In this document: piece by piece, positions 13,091 through 27,700 of the stretch | Layout of the letters: the number at the start of each line of letters is the position of its first letter | Position numbering within the stretch: position 1 is the first letter of the stretch | Notes under the pieces: generated by a model | The model's database searches: none | Seen by the model: the letters and a program-made list of their open reading frames with translations, nothing else | What the model was told of the DNA's origin: nothing | Translations under genes and position numbers: made by a program | Source of the DNA: Styela clava | Taxonomy: Eukaryota | NCBI RefSeq assembly: GCF_964204865.1 | Contig: NC_135262.1 | Location: 13,516,001-13,580,000 of the forward strand | DNA: 64,000 nt | Direction: 5' to 3'

Positions 13091-13502
13091 ACTATGCAAT
13101 AGTCGTTATGGTGAACATATTTTAAATTATTGAAAGAATTCGCAGCAAACGCAACTTTACTATAAAGTTAACAAAGTCTGTAAATTTTGTTGTTTCGCAT
13201 GTTCCTTCGTACATGTAGTCCTATTTAGTAGGCGCTAAACCTGAATTTAACAATCTTTATTAAACTGTATTTCAATGGGAATCCCATGGGGTGGGATGGG
13301 ACAGGCATAATTGCTATGAGATGGGATAGGAATGGGACAGAAAAATATGTCACATGGACAAGCCTGGCGATTTTTCATATTATTAAGGTTCCTACACTGT
13401 AGCCTACTCAATGCACTTTGTGTTGATCTTTGTATTCATAGGTAGGCCTAATCAATTCCTGAAATGAGCCTATTTCGCATATATCGACATAATTCAAGAA
13501 TG

Positions 13503-13610
13503 GGACCTCCTGAAGTATGCGCACCAAGATGGCGCACACCTGAAATCAGGTTGTGTACCAGGTTAGAGTTCAGGTTATGCGACATCTTGGTGCGCATACT
13601 TCAGGAGTAC
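13503..13610. mobile_element. Small hairpin MITE (PIF/Harbinger-like)
   Basis: Near-perfect IR CTCCTGAAGTATGCGCACCAAGATG / CATCTTGGTGCGCATACTTCAGGAG; termini related to the family at 17560, 19696 and 29122. Confidence 0.75.
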
Positions 13611-13817
13611 CTAAAAATGAACATTTTTCAAACTTAGCACCAGGTCTTTCCTCCAAAGAGGGACGAGACTTTTTTGTTTGATATTAACGAGGTTCCTAAA
13701 CTTCACATAAAACACATCGAGTTGATGGCAAATGTCGGGATGGGTGAAAAAATATACACTGTTCAAACCTTGGTAGCAGGTCTCTCCGCACAAAAGGGGC
13801 GATTTTATTGTTTAATA

Positions 13818-14040
13818 TTAGGATAGGATTTACATAGTATCCAAAAGAAGAGGAAGACCGACAAGACGACCTAATCATATGGAGAACCGCGGCCTTTCAC
13901 ACCAGTGCATGTCAGATATAAGATTTGTTATCCAGTTTCTTGTTTTCGGTAGCATGGACTTTATGGTGGAGGAAGCCGTAACCGACCAGTGGATTAGTGA
14001 ACCACCCTACGGCTGCGAGAAGTTCAGCAATCCTCTCGCG
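13818..14040 (-). mobile_element. SINE copy (tRNA-derived family)
   Basis: Tail TAGGATAGGATTTACATA.TATCC and body (CCGACCAG.GG.TTA...CAGCAATCCTCTCGC) shared with 16112-16380, 25998-26330, 34690-34795 and 37970-38130. Confidence 0.7.
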
Positions 14041-15780
14041 GTCTCCGCGATGCTTTGTTTTAATTGAACAGTCGGATTCTCCTGGCACGAGCTCACGCCC
14101 GCCACCGTGAAGTGAATAGAACTGATGGGGAAGGAGGGAGTAGAAATGGGGTGAATAGCAACGAAACAATTGGGTTTTAGTTCGGCTGCACCGATATACG
14201 AGATTCTGGCTTTTATTTCTAAACTGAACCTAAGAATATATCCCAGAGGTCATGGCAGCTGGATATATCGCAAGGGACAAGCCGAGGAAGTAGATATTGC
14301 ATCGGGTTGATACGTTTTCGACATCAGGCGTCAAACTGGATGAAGCCTAGATTAAAACATTTTCTGAATAGGAATCACTAATTCTAGTTCTCAACTTGTT
14401 TTTTGTAATGTTCATTTTCGAAAATAATTGTTCGCACGCATATGTACAATTTCAAACATCGATGCAAACTTTTTCGCATGGTTTGTCAAATTTGGATAGT
14501 TTTCTTTCAGAAGGTACTTTTTATAGAAAATAAAGCAGTGATAAATTTCTCTAATATAATATATAGATTTATATCGCGCATTGCATTGCGTCTCAAAAAC
14601 TTCTATTTGAATACGAGTAAAATTGTGAATTATATACTTGTTAGGTTATAATATAGTTAAGTATACACATGTCTCACAACTAATTCTGTTACTAAAGAAT
14701 ATAATGGTCAAAACAGCCGTTTTGTTACTATAATTCAGTGAAGCGCCGCGGGCCGTATGATGCCGAATCTTGGTCTAAAATCTAGATACTTAAAGAGTAA
14801 ATGAATCTTGGATACAAGTGAACGATTTTATATTTCAACATCAAATCTATGCGGACATGGATGCTGGCTTGTTCAAATATACGATCCCACATCTCTTTAA
14901 AGAGATGCTGACTATTTTAAAATGAATTGAGTTTTGTTCAAGCAATCTTGTTGTACTGCAAAACTGCACTAAAAAACAGTAAATGATGTACCACAATCCA
15001 ACAGCAGCATGTTAATTCTAGAGACTAAAATATAGCATGACTGCATGAAAAAGCTAATAAAAATTTGATAATGAATTCTACCAAGCTAATAATATTAAAA
15101 AAAATTAATGCTACTATAAGACACGACATAATCTCATAATTGCTTAATAAATCAAGTGCCAATGCGCCATTATTCAGTTCTTATTAAGCAGAGGTAAACT
15201 GTAAATTTTTCACAAGTACACGTATAGCCAATCAGTTTTCTTTTTATTATCAAATGTTGGTATGCTGAGCACATAGCAAATCCCATTGTCCTCCTTTCTG
15301 ATAACTGTTATTAGGCCCTCAGTCAGAGAAAACGTCTGGGTGTTAGTTATGTATTTCCCTATTATGACTCAACTAATTTTTGACATCTACTAGGAAAATC
15401 CTAAATATAATTTTCGTATTAGAGTGTCGTTACTCCAGGTGGAAATGTAAATAAAATGTAAACGTAAATTTTACTTCCGAAATGTGCAAAAAAGCATAAA
15501 TTAGAGAATGGTTCAAAAACCCTGCATTAATTATTTTTACATCTCATATTTCTAACATAAGCAGAAATTGTGATAATATTTATTTAAAGAATCTTGTCTA
15601 ATTGAAGCTGATGATATTTGTGACATGTTTCTAAGAATTATGATAGTTTAAATTAATGTTTATCCATTTATCAAGTGAAATCATGATATATGTAAATTTT
15701 AAGGAGTGAACTTTGTAGCATATATCCTGTTTCTCTGTAAGATGGATCAGTTTGGAATATCCCAGGACCCTGAATAAAAA

Positions 15781-18700
15781 TCAATGCTTAGAATTGATAA
15801 TGTCTCCCTCAGATTTCTCTGATTTCCACGTAGCTCCTGTGTTTTCAGCGATAAATCCAAATAAATCAGCAACTTCATCAATCTGACGTAAAAAAGACAG
15901 AAAATTGTAAAATTGTAACTAGTGCCAATATGCAAGACAAGAAAATAGAAATTGATTTGTATGTTAGTATTAAAATTAAGGTTACAATTTTCCAACTTTA
16001 TCATGAAGGATAAGTTTAAAAATGAAACGGAGTAAACATGTGTGCAACAATGACTGTTTGTCAGGTAACCAATCCAGTATTAGCTACAGGCGGGAATTGT
16101 AACCAAAACCTAGGCTAGGGTAGGATTTACATATTTATCCCGGGGGAGAGGAGAGTCGAAAAATAGTATGGCTTAATCATATGCCGAAATATGATCTCTT
16201 GTCCGGTTCCCAGTGCATGTCGAATGTGGGATTAGTTATTTGTTTTTCAGATGCATGGACTTGATAGTAGGCATCTGCACCCGACCAGCGGTTACATTAA
16301 CCACCCTCCAGCGACGAGAAGTCCAGCAATCCTATCGCACAGGATTCGAACCTGTGAACCCACAGGGTAATCGGAGGTGCTGAGACAGAAAACCATTTCC
16401 CTGAGTAAATTTCTCAATTAATCCGATGAAAAGTGCGCTACCCCAAAGTGTCACTGACACTCATCTATTCTCACTGATAGACAAGTATCAAGTGTTTGGA
16501 TTTGGACGAATTAAATACACCCTAAATTTTGATTACCGTAAATCACAAAATAAAAACGAAGAAAGCTATCCAAGAATTATACAAGTAATACAATCCAAAA
16601 AATGATTCAAACTTACAATTTTCGAAGTAGGTTTCCCGGCTCCATGACCTGACTTTGTGTCAACCAATATCAGCAAAGGTTTTCTCTGTGTTTCCCTTGA
16701 CCCATGAACTTCTTGTACTGTGGCAATGAACTTTAAACTATGATGGGGTACAACTCTGTCATCATGATCACCTGTCAGTAGTAATAACGCTGGGTATTGT
16801 TGCCTGTTTTTTCCAAAGTCCCGAACATTGTGTAAAGGAGAATATCTGTTTTTAATAAATGTTATGTAAAAAATTATTGGTACAGGGTGGTTCAAGTAAA
16901 AAATAGAACTCGGTCATTTGAAACATATCCCCGAGAAAACATAACTTTTGTGCAAAGCACCCTAGATTACTGATACTTTTGCGTACAATCATAAACGCAC
17001 AGAAAATCGAGTGCACAAAATGAAAATAAATCATGAAAGTATTTGCTGGGTTCTTATTTGGGTCACCGTGTATATAACTCAATGACACTCTTCTTGAGTA
17101 CCGAAGCATGCTTTCTATAAATGCTTTTCCACAGAGATACAACGAAACATACATTAACAAAAAGATTTTTTTTCAAATGTGAGTTTTCAATATAATCTTT
17201 AAAAGGATTATGTAAATATTTTAAAATTTATTATCAAAGTTAAAGGAAATAGAAGAATACTTGACACCACGCATGTAACAAAATTGGGTCGGGTTTTTCT
17301 CAGAATACAGAAGGTAATCCTGAATCTCAAAAGTGAAATTGAACAATCAGACTCACTTTATCAACCATTTAAATTGATCATGTTTTTCAGAACATCCAAA
17401 ATCAGTCGTCCATGCATGTCCAATTGTGTATTTATGAAATTTTAACATGTCCATGACACTGGAAGAAAGGGTGTATAATAAGGATAACCATCTTTGTGGA
17501 AAAAGTTGCAGGATGAAGACGACATAATTAGGCCAATGTACGATATATCAAGTTATCAACGCTCCAGAAGTGTGTGTACCAATATGAAGGTAACTAATTT
17601 TGTTCGCCTACTTTACATCAAGTTGTGTAAGGGACTGAATCCTATGGGCAGGGGGTAAATTCACTTGGCTAACACAGACATTCCCGAACTCGTAATATAA
17701 CTAAAATAAGGAAAATCGGAATAAAATTATGGCCTAACTCTAACCTGGTACACACACTACAGAGTACAAAGTTATCTTCAGAATTACAAAAACATTTAAA
17801 AGTACCGGTACATAAATTAAAGGTGACTAAATAACATAAACTGAAAAAGATTCAATAAAAAAGAATCCTTCATAAGCAGGTTCACTTAAGAATCTTGCTG
17901 ACATACCCAACTTGAGCCACAGCACATCCGAACAAATCAGGTCTTTGATTTATACACGCACCAACCAGTAAACCTCCATTCGATCCACCATTAATTGTCA
18001 ACCTTAACAAAATATAGTCAAGAGAAAATTCCTAAAATTCGGCATCATTTAGAATTTAGATCAGAGGTTTGCAACCTTCAGTGAAACTATGGGCCGCATC
18101 TTCATTTAACATTGGCGATCTAGTAGTTGCATGCACAAAAATTTTATTTTTACATGCGTTGCACACCCCTGATTAGGATGATGCTAACAGACTTTAAATT
18201 ATGAAAATGGAAGTGTAGTTTTATAAAAATAACACATAAAAAGATCGTTTTAGGAGGGAAAAGACAAAAAACATATTGAAAATCTGCTTATATTGATATT
18301 ATTTTTTAATTATTTTCATAATTTTTAATTTTTTCAGTAAAAAAACTAATCACAAATTCATACCTCAATCATGAAATGAAACTAGTAAATATCAGTCATT
18401 TTTTCAATTGTCCTGAAAATAAAATGAACTTACTTATCTGGAGATGTATATCCATTTTCTATTAAGTATAAAGCAGCATGCTGAAAGTCATCAAAACAAT
18501 TTTGTTTATTTCCCAACATTCCGCCTTTGTGCCAAGTCTCCCCATATTCTCTGAAACAGTAAGAATTAAACCTATCTTGTATTACTTTAAGTAATGTACC
18601 ACTCGGTATCCAAACTGCTGCGAGCTCATTTATGCTGGAGATGAACAAATCATAGCGTGTTACTTCGTAAATATACATTACATACATTAAATACACATAC

Positions 18701-21700
18701 AATTCTAGTCAAAATTGCTGTCGTACTCAACGAATATTCGGTGCTCAAAACCTTGGCCGTGCCGTCGAGTGAGATGACGTCACCCAAACCGCGCAGTAAA
18801 CAACCAGAAGATCAATCAACACGACTGATGTGAAAGCTGAACTGCCACAAGATGCGCAATTTTTGATGACATCATCGCACACAAAAATAAATCCCATAAA
18901 AATTTGCACAAATGTACAGAATCTAATACAAAATATTTCATAATTTAATCTTTATTATGTACACATCTAAATAATTACTGTTGTTTAGGTAGGCCTACAC
19001 ACTTTGTTAATATTCTGCGCATTCTCGATAGCGTAAGAACGAATTGGAATAATAACCATTGTTTCCTATGGCATAAAAATTTCGGTACTCGAACAAAGTA
19101 GTAGTTGAATAACAATCCTGTACGAATTACGCTCCACTTCTGAAGTATCACTGCTGCTATCAAAAGCTTTTTAGGATTGTAGATGCATGTAATCCATGTT
19201 AATATACTTTAATTTTGTTATAGAGAAACCATGCAGACGCACATGTACATGTCCGCATCTTGTACAATTACACTATAATAATCAAATTTTGAGCCTTTAT
19301 CGACATAAGAACCTTGTTTAGAGTTAATTTCAGCAAGTGAAATACCTGGGAAAAAAATTGTTATTTCTTACCCGCCTCCTCTAATGTTTGCAATGGCGAC
19401 AATTCCTCCTAAATTTTGCATAAATGTAACACGGGAAACACTGTAGGTAGGTGTGATTGAAATATTGAATCCACCATAGCCATACAGCAATAAGGGATGG
19501 CTTCCATCCAGTTTAATCCCCTGCAAAATAGTCATTTCCATCACAATTTCACAGTGAACAGGTTAACAATTAAACTTTCTATAGAAAAAAATCAATTTTG
19601 CACATTTTGTGGATGAATGTCTCAGTCATAATGATTGGAGCACTGGCTTAACTATTTTAGCAACCTCCAGTCAGACAGTACATAGCTCTACTTTCGGCGT
19701 TCCAGAAGTGTGTGTACCAATATGGAGGTAACTAATTTTGTTCTCCTATTTTACATTGTGTTGTGTAAAGAGACGGAAGCCTATGGACAGAGGGTATATT
19801 CATTTGGCTAACACAGACAGTCCCTGAACTCATAATAGAACTAAAAAAAAAATCAGAATAAATTTATGGCCTAACCTTAACCTGGTACACACACTACGGG
19901 CGTACCCTACCTTTTTAAACACAACCAGTGTTAACAAATTATATAGTTTTTCTAACACCAGCTATATCAGCGCAGCGGTTGATGCATCATGCTAAGCGTT
20001 GGTTATAATCTTGTCATCCATATTTGATTACTCAGCGTGGGTTTGAATTGAGAATAATTCTGTGCTGGAAGATTGCTGGATTCCTCATTGTTGTAGGATA
20101 GTTCACATAACCGCTAGTCGGTTTGTACCCAAAAGTTCCACAAGAGCTATGTTCTCTCTAGAATATGCTCCAAATGATGTTGGGTGGTGTTCATTATAAT
20201 TATAAAATATACAAATGAATATGTATCATTGAATGTATAAACCATAGATTTCCAACTTCTCGCCCCCCCCCCCCATTGGGGCCACAGAGCGGTTGGAGGA
20301 GGGCCACAGTGCTAGTCGAAGAACGGATTTTACATTTCCCTCTACAAGAAAACTCCCCGTTCTTCCTAATTTCATTTCTGCTTGGCAAAGTTATTTAACA
20401 CAGTGTTTCTATCTTGTTGAGCATGAATTGTTTGAACATAATAGGATTTGGGATCTACCAATAACACTATAAATAACACAGGAATGGTAAACAGGGGGCC
20501 ATGAGCGCTGAAAGTCTCCAGTGGGGGGCCACAAGCCATAAAACGTTGGGAACCATTAGTATAAACAATTACCTTTCTCTGGACAATAAACATTGGTATT
20601 TTAGTTCCATCTTTGCTTGGATAAAAAACTTGTTTAGTTTCAAATAAACTGCTGTCGAATCCAGAAACTTTGATTTCTCTGAATACCTGTAACAAGAAAA
20701 GTTTAATTTTTTTTTCAAAATATGCCATTCTTATTATGAATACCATACAATACTGTGCATACAGTACAGTAAATACATGTATGTTAGTCTGGTACTGGCA
20801 GTCATTTTTTTTTTTTATAGTTTAATGCAGTTTCTCAGGCTGGGTCTTTGGGCCCCAGGGGGGCCAAGGAATGATTGTCTGTGGGCCATTAGCAAAGGCC
20901 TTTACTAGATACCATCCGTAATGATCACATTAATTCAAAGAAGTTTGACTGTAATGCTTTTGATTTCGCTAGTCAGCTTTTGGGCGTGGCGTTCAAGCCA
21001 CAACTTGGAGAGCAGCGGTGAGTGATTAGAATTCTGAGTGGGCCAGTTACACATGATGGCCTTGGTTACTGGATTGAAGGCTTAAAACTCAATATGAAAA
21101 ACTATCAATAAAAAAAAGGTTTATTTATGCTAGCTAGTCCAACAGCTGGCTAATATTAATATATTAATAAAAAGCACAGTGTGAGAATCGGGGTCATTAT
21201 GACGTTATTTTCATCAATATTTACAACAGAAATTTATATCCATAAAAGAATAGTCTTAATTTCAGCTGACACAAGTGGGTCGAATGAAAGACTCCCGTGG
21301 ATCGGATCAAACCTGCGCACCGTAATCTGCCCACCCCTGGTTTAGAGTCTCTCAAAAAAAAGTGGCGCGAATCAAGAAAGTTTGAGAACCAGTGGTTCTG
21401 GATGAAATAATGTATAATAATGAAATCATGAAAAAGCAATATAGTATTACTAACTGTAGATTCCATATTTTCAGATTCCAAATCACAATGATAGATGATA
21501 CCGGGAGAAAGGAATGAAGCGAATTTATAAAATAATTCATGCTGATTTTTTCTCCCCGAAATCCCTTCTAACGAACCAACATCCAATGGAAATGTTTTAA
21601 TCAAACTTCCATCTTGTAGCTTCCGCAGTTGCATGACACTCTGGATGAAAAGGAAAGCGTGAGAAATTGAATTTTAATTTTTTTTGATGACTTTTCAATT

Positions 21701-24700
21701 TTGCAAAAAAAAAAAGATTTCTTATTTCAAAGTGATATAAATTGCAATTAATAAATCCATATTGAGATGCTAGTCATATTAAAATTAAAATGAGTTTTAC
21801 AATAAAATAAAAAAGCAAATACTCTTTATTTTCCCCAAAGTTTTGGATGCCGATATCATTAGTTGTTTCCAACCTGTGCATGTTGGCAGTGTTTTTTTTT
21901 GTTTATTAAACTATCATATGCCCACCATTAGTTGCACGGGGCACATCAAAGTTCTTTTACATATATATATATATATTCCAGAGGCTAAGAATAAGCATAG
22001 CATCTTTTCAAAGTTTGAAAATACTGTAATTCTATCTTGTAACGAAGTAATGAAGAAACCTACTGGCAACGAATCCCATTATGATATTGTGATAAAACTG
22101 TAAAAAAATTGTTCAACAAGAAATAGCAAAATACTCAATATAGACGAACACAGTTATTATTAACCATTAACACTTCCAAAAAAAATAGAAAATAACAGCT
22201 ATTCATACCTTGACATCAGATAGATACTCAATAACAAGTTTATCCTGATGGACACAATTGGCAAATTCCAAGACGTCCTTGTCATGCTCATCTATCAAAT
22301 TCTTCCAGTTATCCTGAATGTATTATTTGTATATGATTGTATGTTTTAGGACAGGATACATTGCTAGTTTTTCGCAAACTATGCCATTTATAAATCGAGC
22401 ATATTTTCAAGTTAGGAGCATAACACAAACTGATTATGGTGAGGAATAACGTAGTGTCAATAGGTTCAGGAAGCTTACCAACCAGAGATTTTAAACCCAT
22501 GGATATGTGCAGTGGCTTGGGTCTGGTTTGAAATCACAATGGCTCCAGTTTTTCCAAACTGTGGCTCCAGCTCCCACTCCATAGCCATTGCCATTTTTGG
22601 TATACCAGTACCATGAAACTTTAGCCCAAAAGCAGTTTCACAAAAGTGAGAAATAAAATCGAATAGTAAAATATTCAAATCATTTCAAACAAAATTTTCA
22701 AATCATCGCCAAAAGTTGAGGTAAATTCCCCAATTTTTTGTAGCGAAGTCATATTTTTGTAATGTCATTCTGATATATGACTCTTTCCTTTGTAGTTGGT
22801 TATAATTTTTTTTATTTATTGTGTACAAACACTCAGTGAACTGTAATTTACTCATGTCCATGTAAGTACTCATGTCCAGTAATATATGTCCGCGACATGA
22901 AACAGACTGTTGCTGTTGAAGTCATCAAGGAAACTATTGAAATGTGCGGGAATGTGAAAGAAACCAAGGCAGCAGCAAAGGCCAATAAAAAACAGGAGAA
23001 AAGAAGTGACTAAAAGCATCTAGCGCCCATCAACAGCCTAAACCTAAAATTCGATTCGAAAAAAAAAATATCCTATTCGATTTTGGAATCTTCAGGTATT
23101 CAAAATACTCGGCCCTAGCTATGATACAAGAATTTTAGATTTTAATATTAAACTTTTAATATACAAACATAACTTAAAAACCACTGGTACAAAGGGTCAG
23201 GGGTATTTAAGATGTGAAATCGAAAACTCTTAACTCGCGGCCCCGGTTGAACTAACAACGAACTAACAACAATCGCGTTCTTTATTTACAAATGAATAGT
23301 CAAATAACTTAAAAACTTTTAAATAAATATTAGCAACTGAATTCAAAAAAATTATAAGCTGGAAAAATTAAATTTTATTATTCGTGTGAGGTATTAGAAA
23401 ATTATAATGTGGAAAAATAATTAGATGGTCGGATTTGGTCCAACTTCAACAAAACAACACAGCTCCATGTCTCACATACGTAAATAACATTTCTAAATTA
23501 GTTTGTTAGTTGGATGAAAATGAATGCAGTATCATAAAACTTAGTTAACGGCTGAAAATTTTGATAAAAAAACAAGCTTTATGATTGCAAACGAGAAGTA
23601 ATTTGTCTTACCATGTCAGGATTGAGAAAATCTATGTTGATCAACTTGTATCTTGGTGCATTCAGATTTGTTTTGAATGTGAATATAGAACCTTCATTTG
23701 TGATGTACTAGAAACAGAAAAGTAGAGTTCATTACTTTTACTTTACTGATGTTATATTATATCAGAACAATGAATTCCTGTGTTATTTTAACTTTTTTTT
23801 TTTTTTCGGAAGCAATGGAATAAATTTTTGTAAAGTATTAATTTCAAACAAGATTGCATAGTATTTAGAATTATTTTTGAGCCAGTCCAAAGATATCCAC
23901 AAATACAACAGTAATTAATGCTATTTATGACCGAGTCATCAGTGTCATCATGCTAACAACATTACAAAACGATATTGTTTAAAAATTGAGTTGTGCGCAT
24001 CTGCAGGATAAGATTAGATTTTCATATTTTTTCCAGGAGAGAAGAAAGCTTAAAATAAGACGACTTAAACATATGGCAAAACATGGGCTCTTGTATGGTT
24101 ACCATTACATGTTGAATATGAGATACCAATGATATCTTGTTACTGTTGTTAGTCAAACGACTCGACACTCGAACGATTCGGCAGTACACCAAAAAATTCT
24201 AGTCAGGCCTCAAACAGAAATTGTTGATGACGTCGTTCTACACAAAAACGAATCTCATAGAACCCACAGAAATCGGCCCAGTACAGTAACCAGTACAGCA
24301 ACTGCTATAAAATTCATTAGATTTTTATCTTTATTATGAGCATTTATTTAGGTACACGTTTTGTTAATATTTTGGGTATGTTTAAAACGAATTAAAATAA
24401 TCACCATTGTTTCTCATGGCAAAATAAGTTTCAGTCCTCAAAGAAATCGTTAGTTGAACAAAAAATAATCCTGAACGAATTATGTTTGACTACCGAGATA
24501 ACACTGTATTTAACTACCAGTTGTTATATTTTCCAGCAACCCCCCTCGCACATATTGATTTCACACTGAATTCGCGAATGCAAACCCACACAGGGTAATC
24601 AGTGGTGCGATGCCATAACAAGTGTGTTCTGATGCTTAGTAATTCATCATCCAATTTAGGGCAAAATTATTACATACTTGATATTCAGCATCAAAATTGT

Positions 24701-27700
24701 CTACAAGTTTAATCCATGGTAGCGGCCCTTCAGTTATCTTTCCACCAATTGATTCAAGATCGATGTACCACAATCTATTAACCGGATCACATCCTTCACT
24801 CACAGATAGTAAAACATATCTTCCATCATCAGATAGTTCAGCTCCGCTAGATAGTGTTTAATCACATATATTATGTACCGGTATATCTTCGCATACAAGC
24901 TGATCTCACATATAAGCCAACCCCCTAAAAACGACTTTTTAACCCTTTCCGTGCGGTGGGCACGTATACGTACCAGCGACAAAAGTCGCTAGATTGTGGC
25001 GGGTACGTTGATGTAATCCACTGTTTTATTTAGCAATCGGTCGCAAACTGTTGGTCTAGTTTTTCCGGGTTTTAGTTTATTGATAAGAAGTTTTCTTCGA
25101 GATTAACATAAGCGACGATAAATCTCGCTTTCGTTCACGACGGAACTTTTATTTGCGTCGGAACGAGGGAGTGTTTTTGAAATTTATGCAAATTTCGGTG
25201 TTTTTTGAGTGGTAATAGAAGACATATTATTCCTTCCATCTACTAAAGTATTTTGAGTTAGATCACGAAATTGCTACAGCAATATTATGCTATTGTTTGC
25301 CAACCACGAAGCAGTAACAGTAAAGGATTTAGCGAATATTTCTATTTTTATCACGGTTTGAAGTTCCAACTCCCAAGAAAAAAAATGCCTTTTTTCTATC
25401 CGGTTTGTGACTCAGACCACCACTTTTAAAAAAATTTTTTTTTTTAATCGCCAATTGCAAGCTCTTTAAATAAGCTTTCCAACAAGCCGTCAGTGGGCAG
25501 CAGAGGATCATTAGTTTTTCGTTAGTCGATCGATTAGTTGTGTGGGTACAATAGCATAAAATCGGCGTAGCAAATACGATTATTTAATAAAAAATAAAAA
25601 TCGCATGGAAAGGGTTAAAGGTGAATTCATAAAAGTTGAAGACAAGCTGACCCTACAAAACACGCAAGCGATCACATGTATGACAACCAATCACAGACTT
25701 TTATCTCTGCCACAGCACACCAGCGCTGCTTTATGGTACACGTGCCTGCTCTTCTTGTGAGAACTTAGCATGGTTCGAGTTACAGCTGTTGGAATTAAGT
25801 TAGCACAATGTTATTCTGTTTGAGTACGATCAAGTTATATGCGTATATGCCCAATTTTTAGTGCGATCATAGTTATGCGCATATAAGCCGGATTTTTAGT
25901 GCGATCAAAGTTATGTGTAGACAAGCCGACCCCTTGGTTTGACAACTTTTTTTGAGTTTTAAACACTGCCTATACGCGAGGATATACAATAGTTAATTAG
26001 GATAGGAACTCTATTTATCCTGGGGAAAAGGAAAGTGATAAGACGGCTTAATCATATGGTGAACCCTGGCCTCTTGACGGTTACCAGCCCATGTCGGGTA
26101 TAGGATTAGTAGTTGTAATCAGTTGTTAGATGTATGGCGGCAGAGTGGAAGAAGTCATAATCATAAATGACCAGTGGTTACATGAACTACCCCACAATGG
26201 AGAGGAGTCCAGACAATCCTCTTGAACATAGTTAAGCTCATAACTTAATCATAAGTTATTAGAGATGTGATGTCAAGCGTATTCCTAATGCTTCGCATGA
26301 TGCACTAACACCAAGCCAACTGGGAAAGGTCTTTGCTGCATCCACTAGTCACTAAAAAACAAAATCATAACAAACCTCATCCATTTTGGTTGATCTGGAA
26401 ACTCAGCACAAAGAATATCATCAGATTGGGGAGTCCCAAGTACGTGGTAGTAAAGCTGAGACAAAAACAAGAGTGATATAAATTTATTGTGACCTATGCA
26501 GCATAACTTGCAAAAATAATGAAATTTCAGTGTAATATTATTAAATGTTCTACAGAAGTTTGGCCTTCGGCTAAAATAGAAAGACATATCGGTAAGTATA
26601 TCCCTGGGAAAGAGATGTTTGAAGATATACCAACAATTCAATACAATATGGCCATGGTATACGGAACAATGAAATAGAATTAATATTTTATTAGCATGAG
26701 AGCATCTTGTGACACACACTTATAATAGGTCTTTTCAATTTTTCCCATTTCATGCTATGTAATAAATATTCCTTGCCAACAATTTTTTCATAATTTTTGA
26801 AAATGAAAGCAAACCTTTTGATGCACGTTAGCTGTAGTTTCTGTTCCATCTGCTTTTCCTGGTTGTTGTGGATAACTCTAGATAAAAAATTTGCTTCAAT
26901 CAGAATTTAATTAGAATATTCAAACAGACAAGAGTTTTATCAAATTTTTCTACTTCTACTACAGAGATAAACAAATTTAAAAGATTCATCGGGCAAAACG
27001 TTCTTATTCTGCATAGTCTATATTAAAGATGAACCTGTGAGTTTGAGGTTATCACACTATCAATGAACTAAAAACCTACTTACATTATAAAATATCCCTC
27101 TGTTGTCATGAGTCCAAGACATGCAGGAGAATTTCACTCTTTCTAATGTATCTGGTAGGTCTAATGATCCTTCAACTCTTTTAAACTAAAAACAAAAAGT
27201 TTCATATCATGAATACAGATTTTCAAGTATATAAACGTCAAATAGATTTGATGCAACTGAATTCTCTTCTGACAACAGAATTATTTTTTCTTAAATTACA
27301 AACAAAATTTGTAGACTGCACTTACAGGATATGATGATTTACATCAGAAATAATTGACAATGATTGTAAAAAGTCAATGATATGACCAGGTTTCCAAGAC
27401 AAAATGACAACGGTTGAAATTAAAAAAAAATATTATTTGAAAATATTACAAAATTAATTTGAAATAGATTGGTTCAATATTTGCAAGGAAAAGCAATTTT
27501 TTCATAACATCGATAACCCAAACAAAAACAACACTCGCAAAATTATTCACAATTACACTTCATGTTCTATAACAGGGGTGACCAACAGGTCGATCGCTCA
27601 AAATGTCAATTTTTTTTCTAATTTCAAGCAAGCGAAGAATCGGACTCTGAGGAAATTGCAAATTAGATACTGAAGTTTGAGCAGTCATGTAACATTTATA

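Larger units (their letters stand above)
12553..13366. mobile_element. hAT-type non-autonomous element with ATGGGA subterminal repeats
   Basis: Perfect 8-bp TSD GCGATTTT on both sides; termini CAGGCATG.../...CAAGCCTG; clustered ATGGGA(C) repeats near both ends. Confidence 0.8.

Noticed and set aside
16330-16380. B-box suggesting a tRNA gene
   Set aside because: Part of a dispersed SINE; no cloverleaf could be formed.
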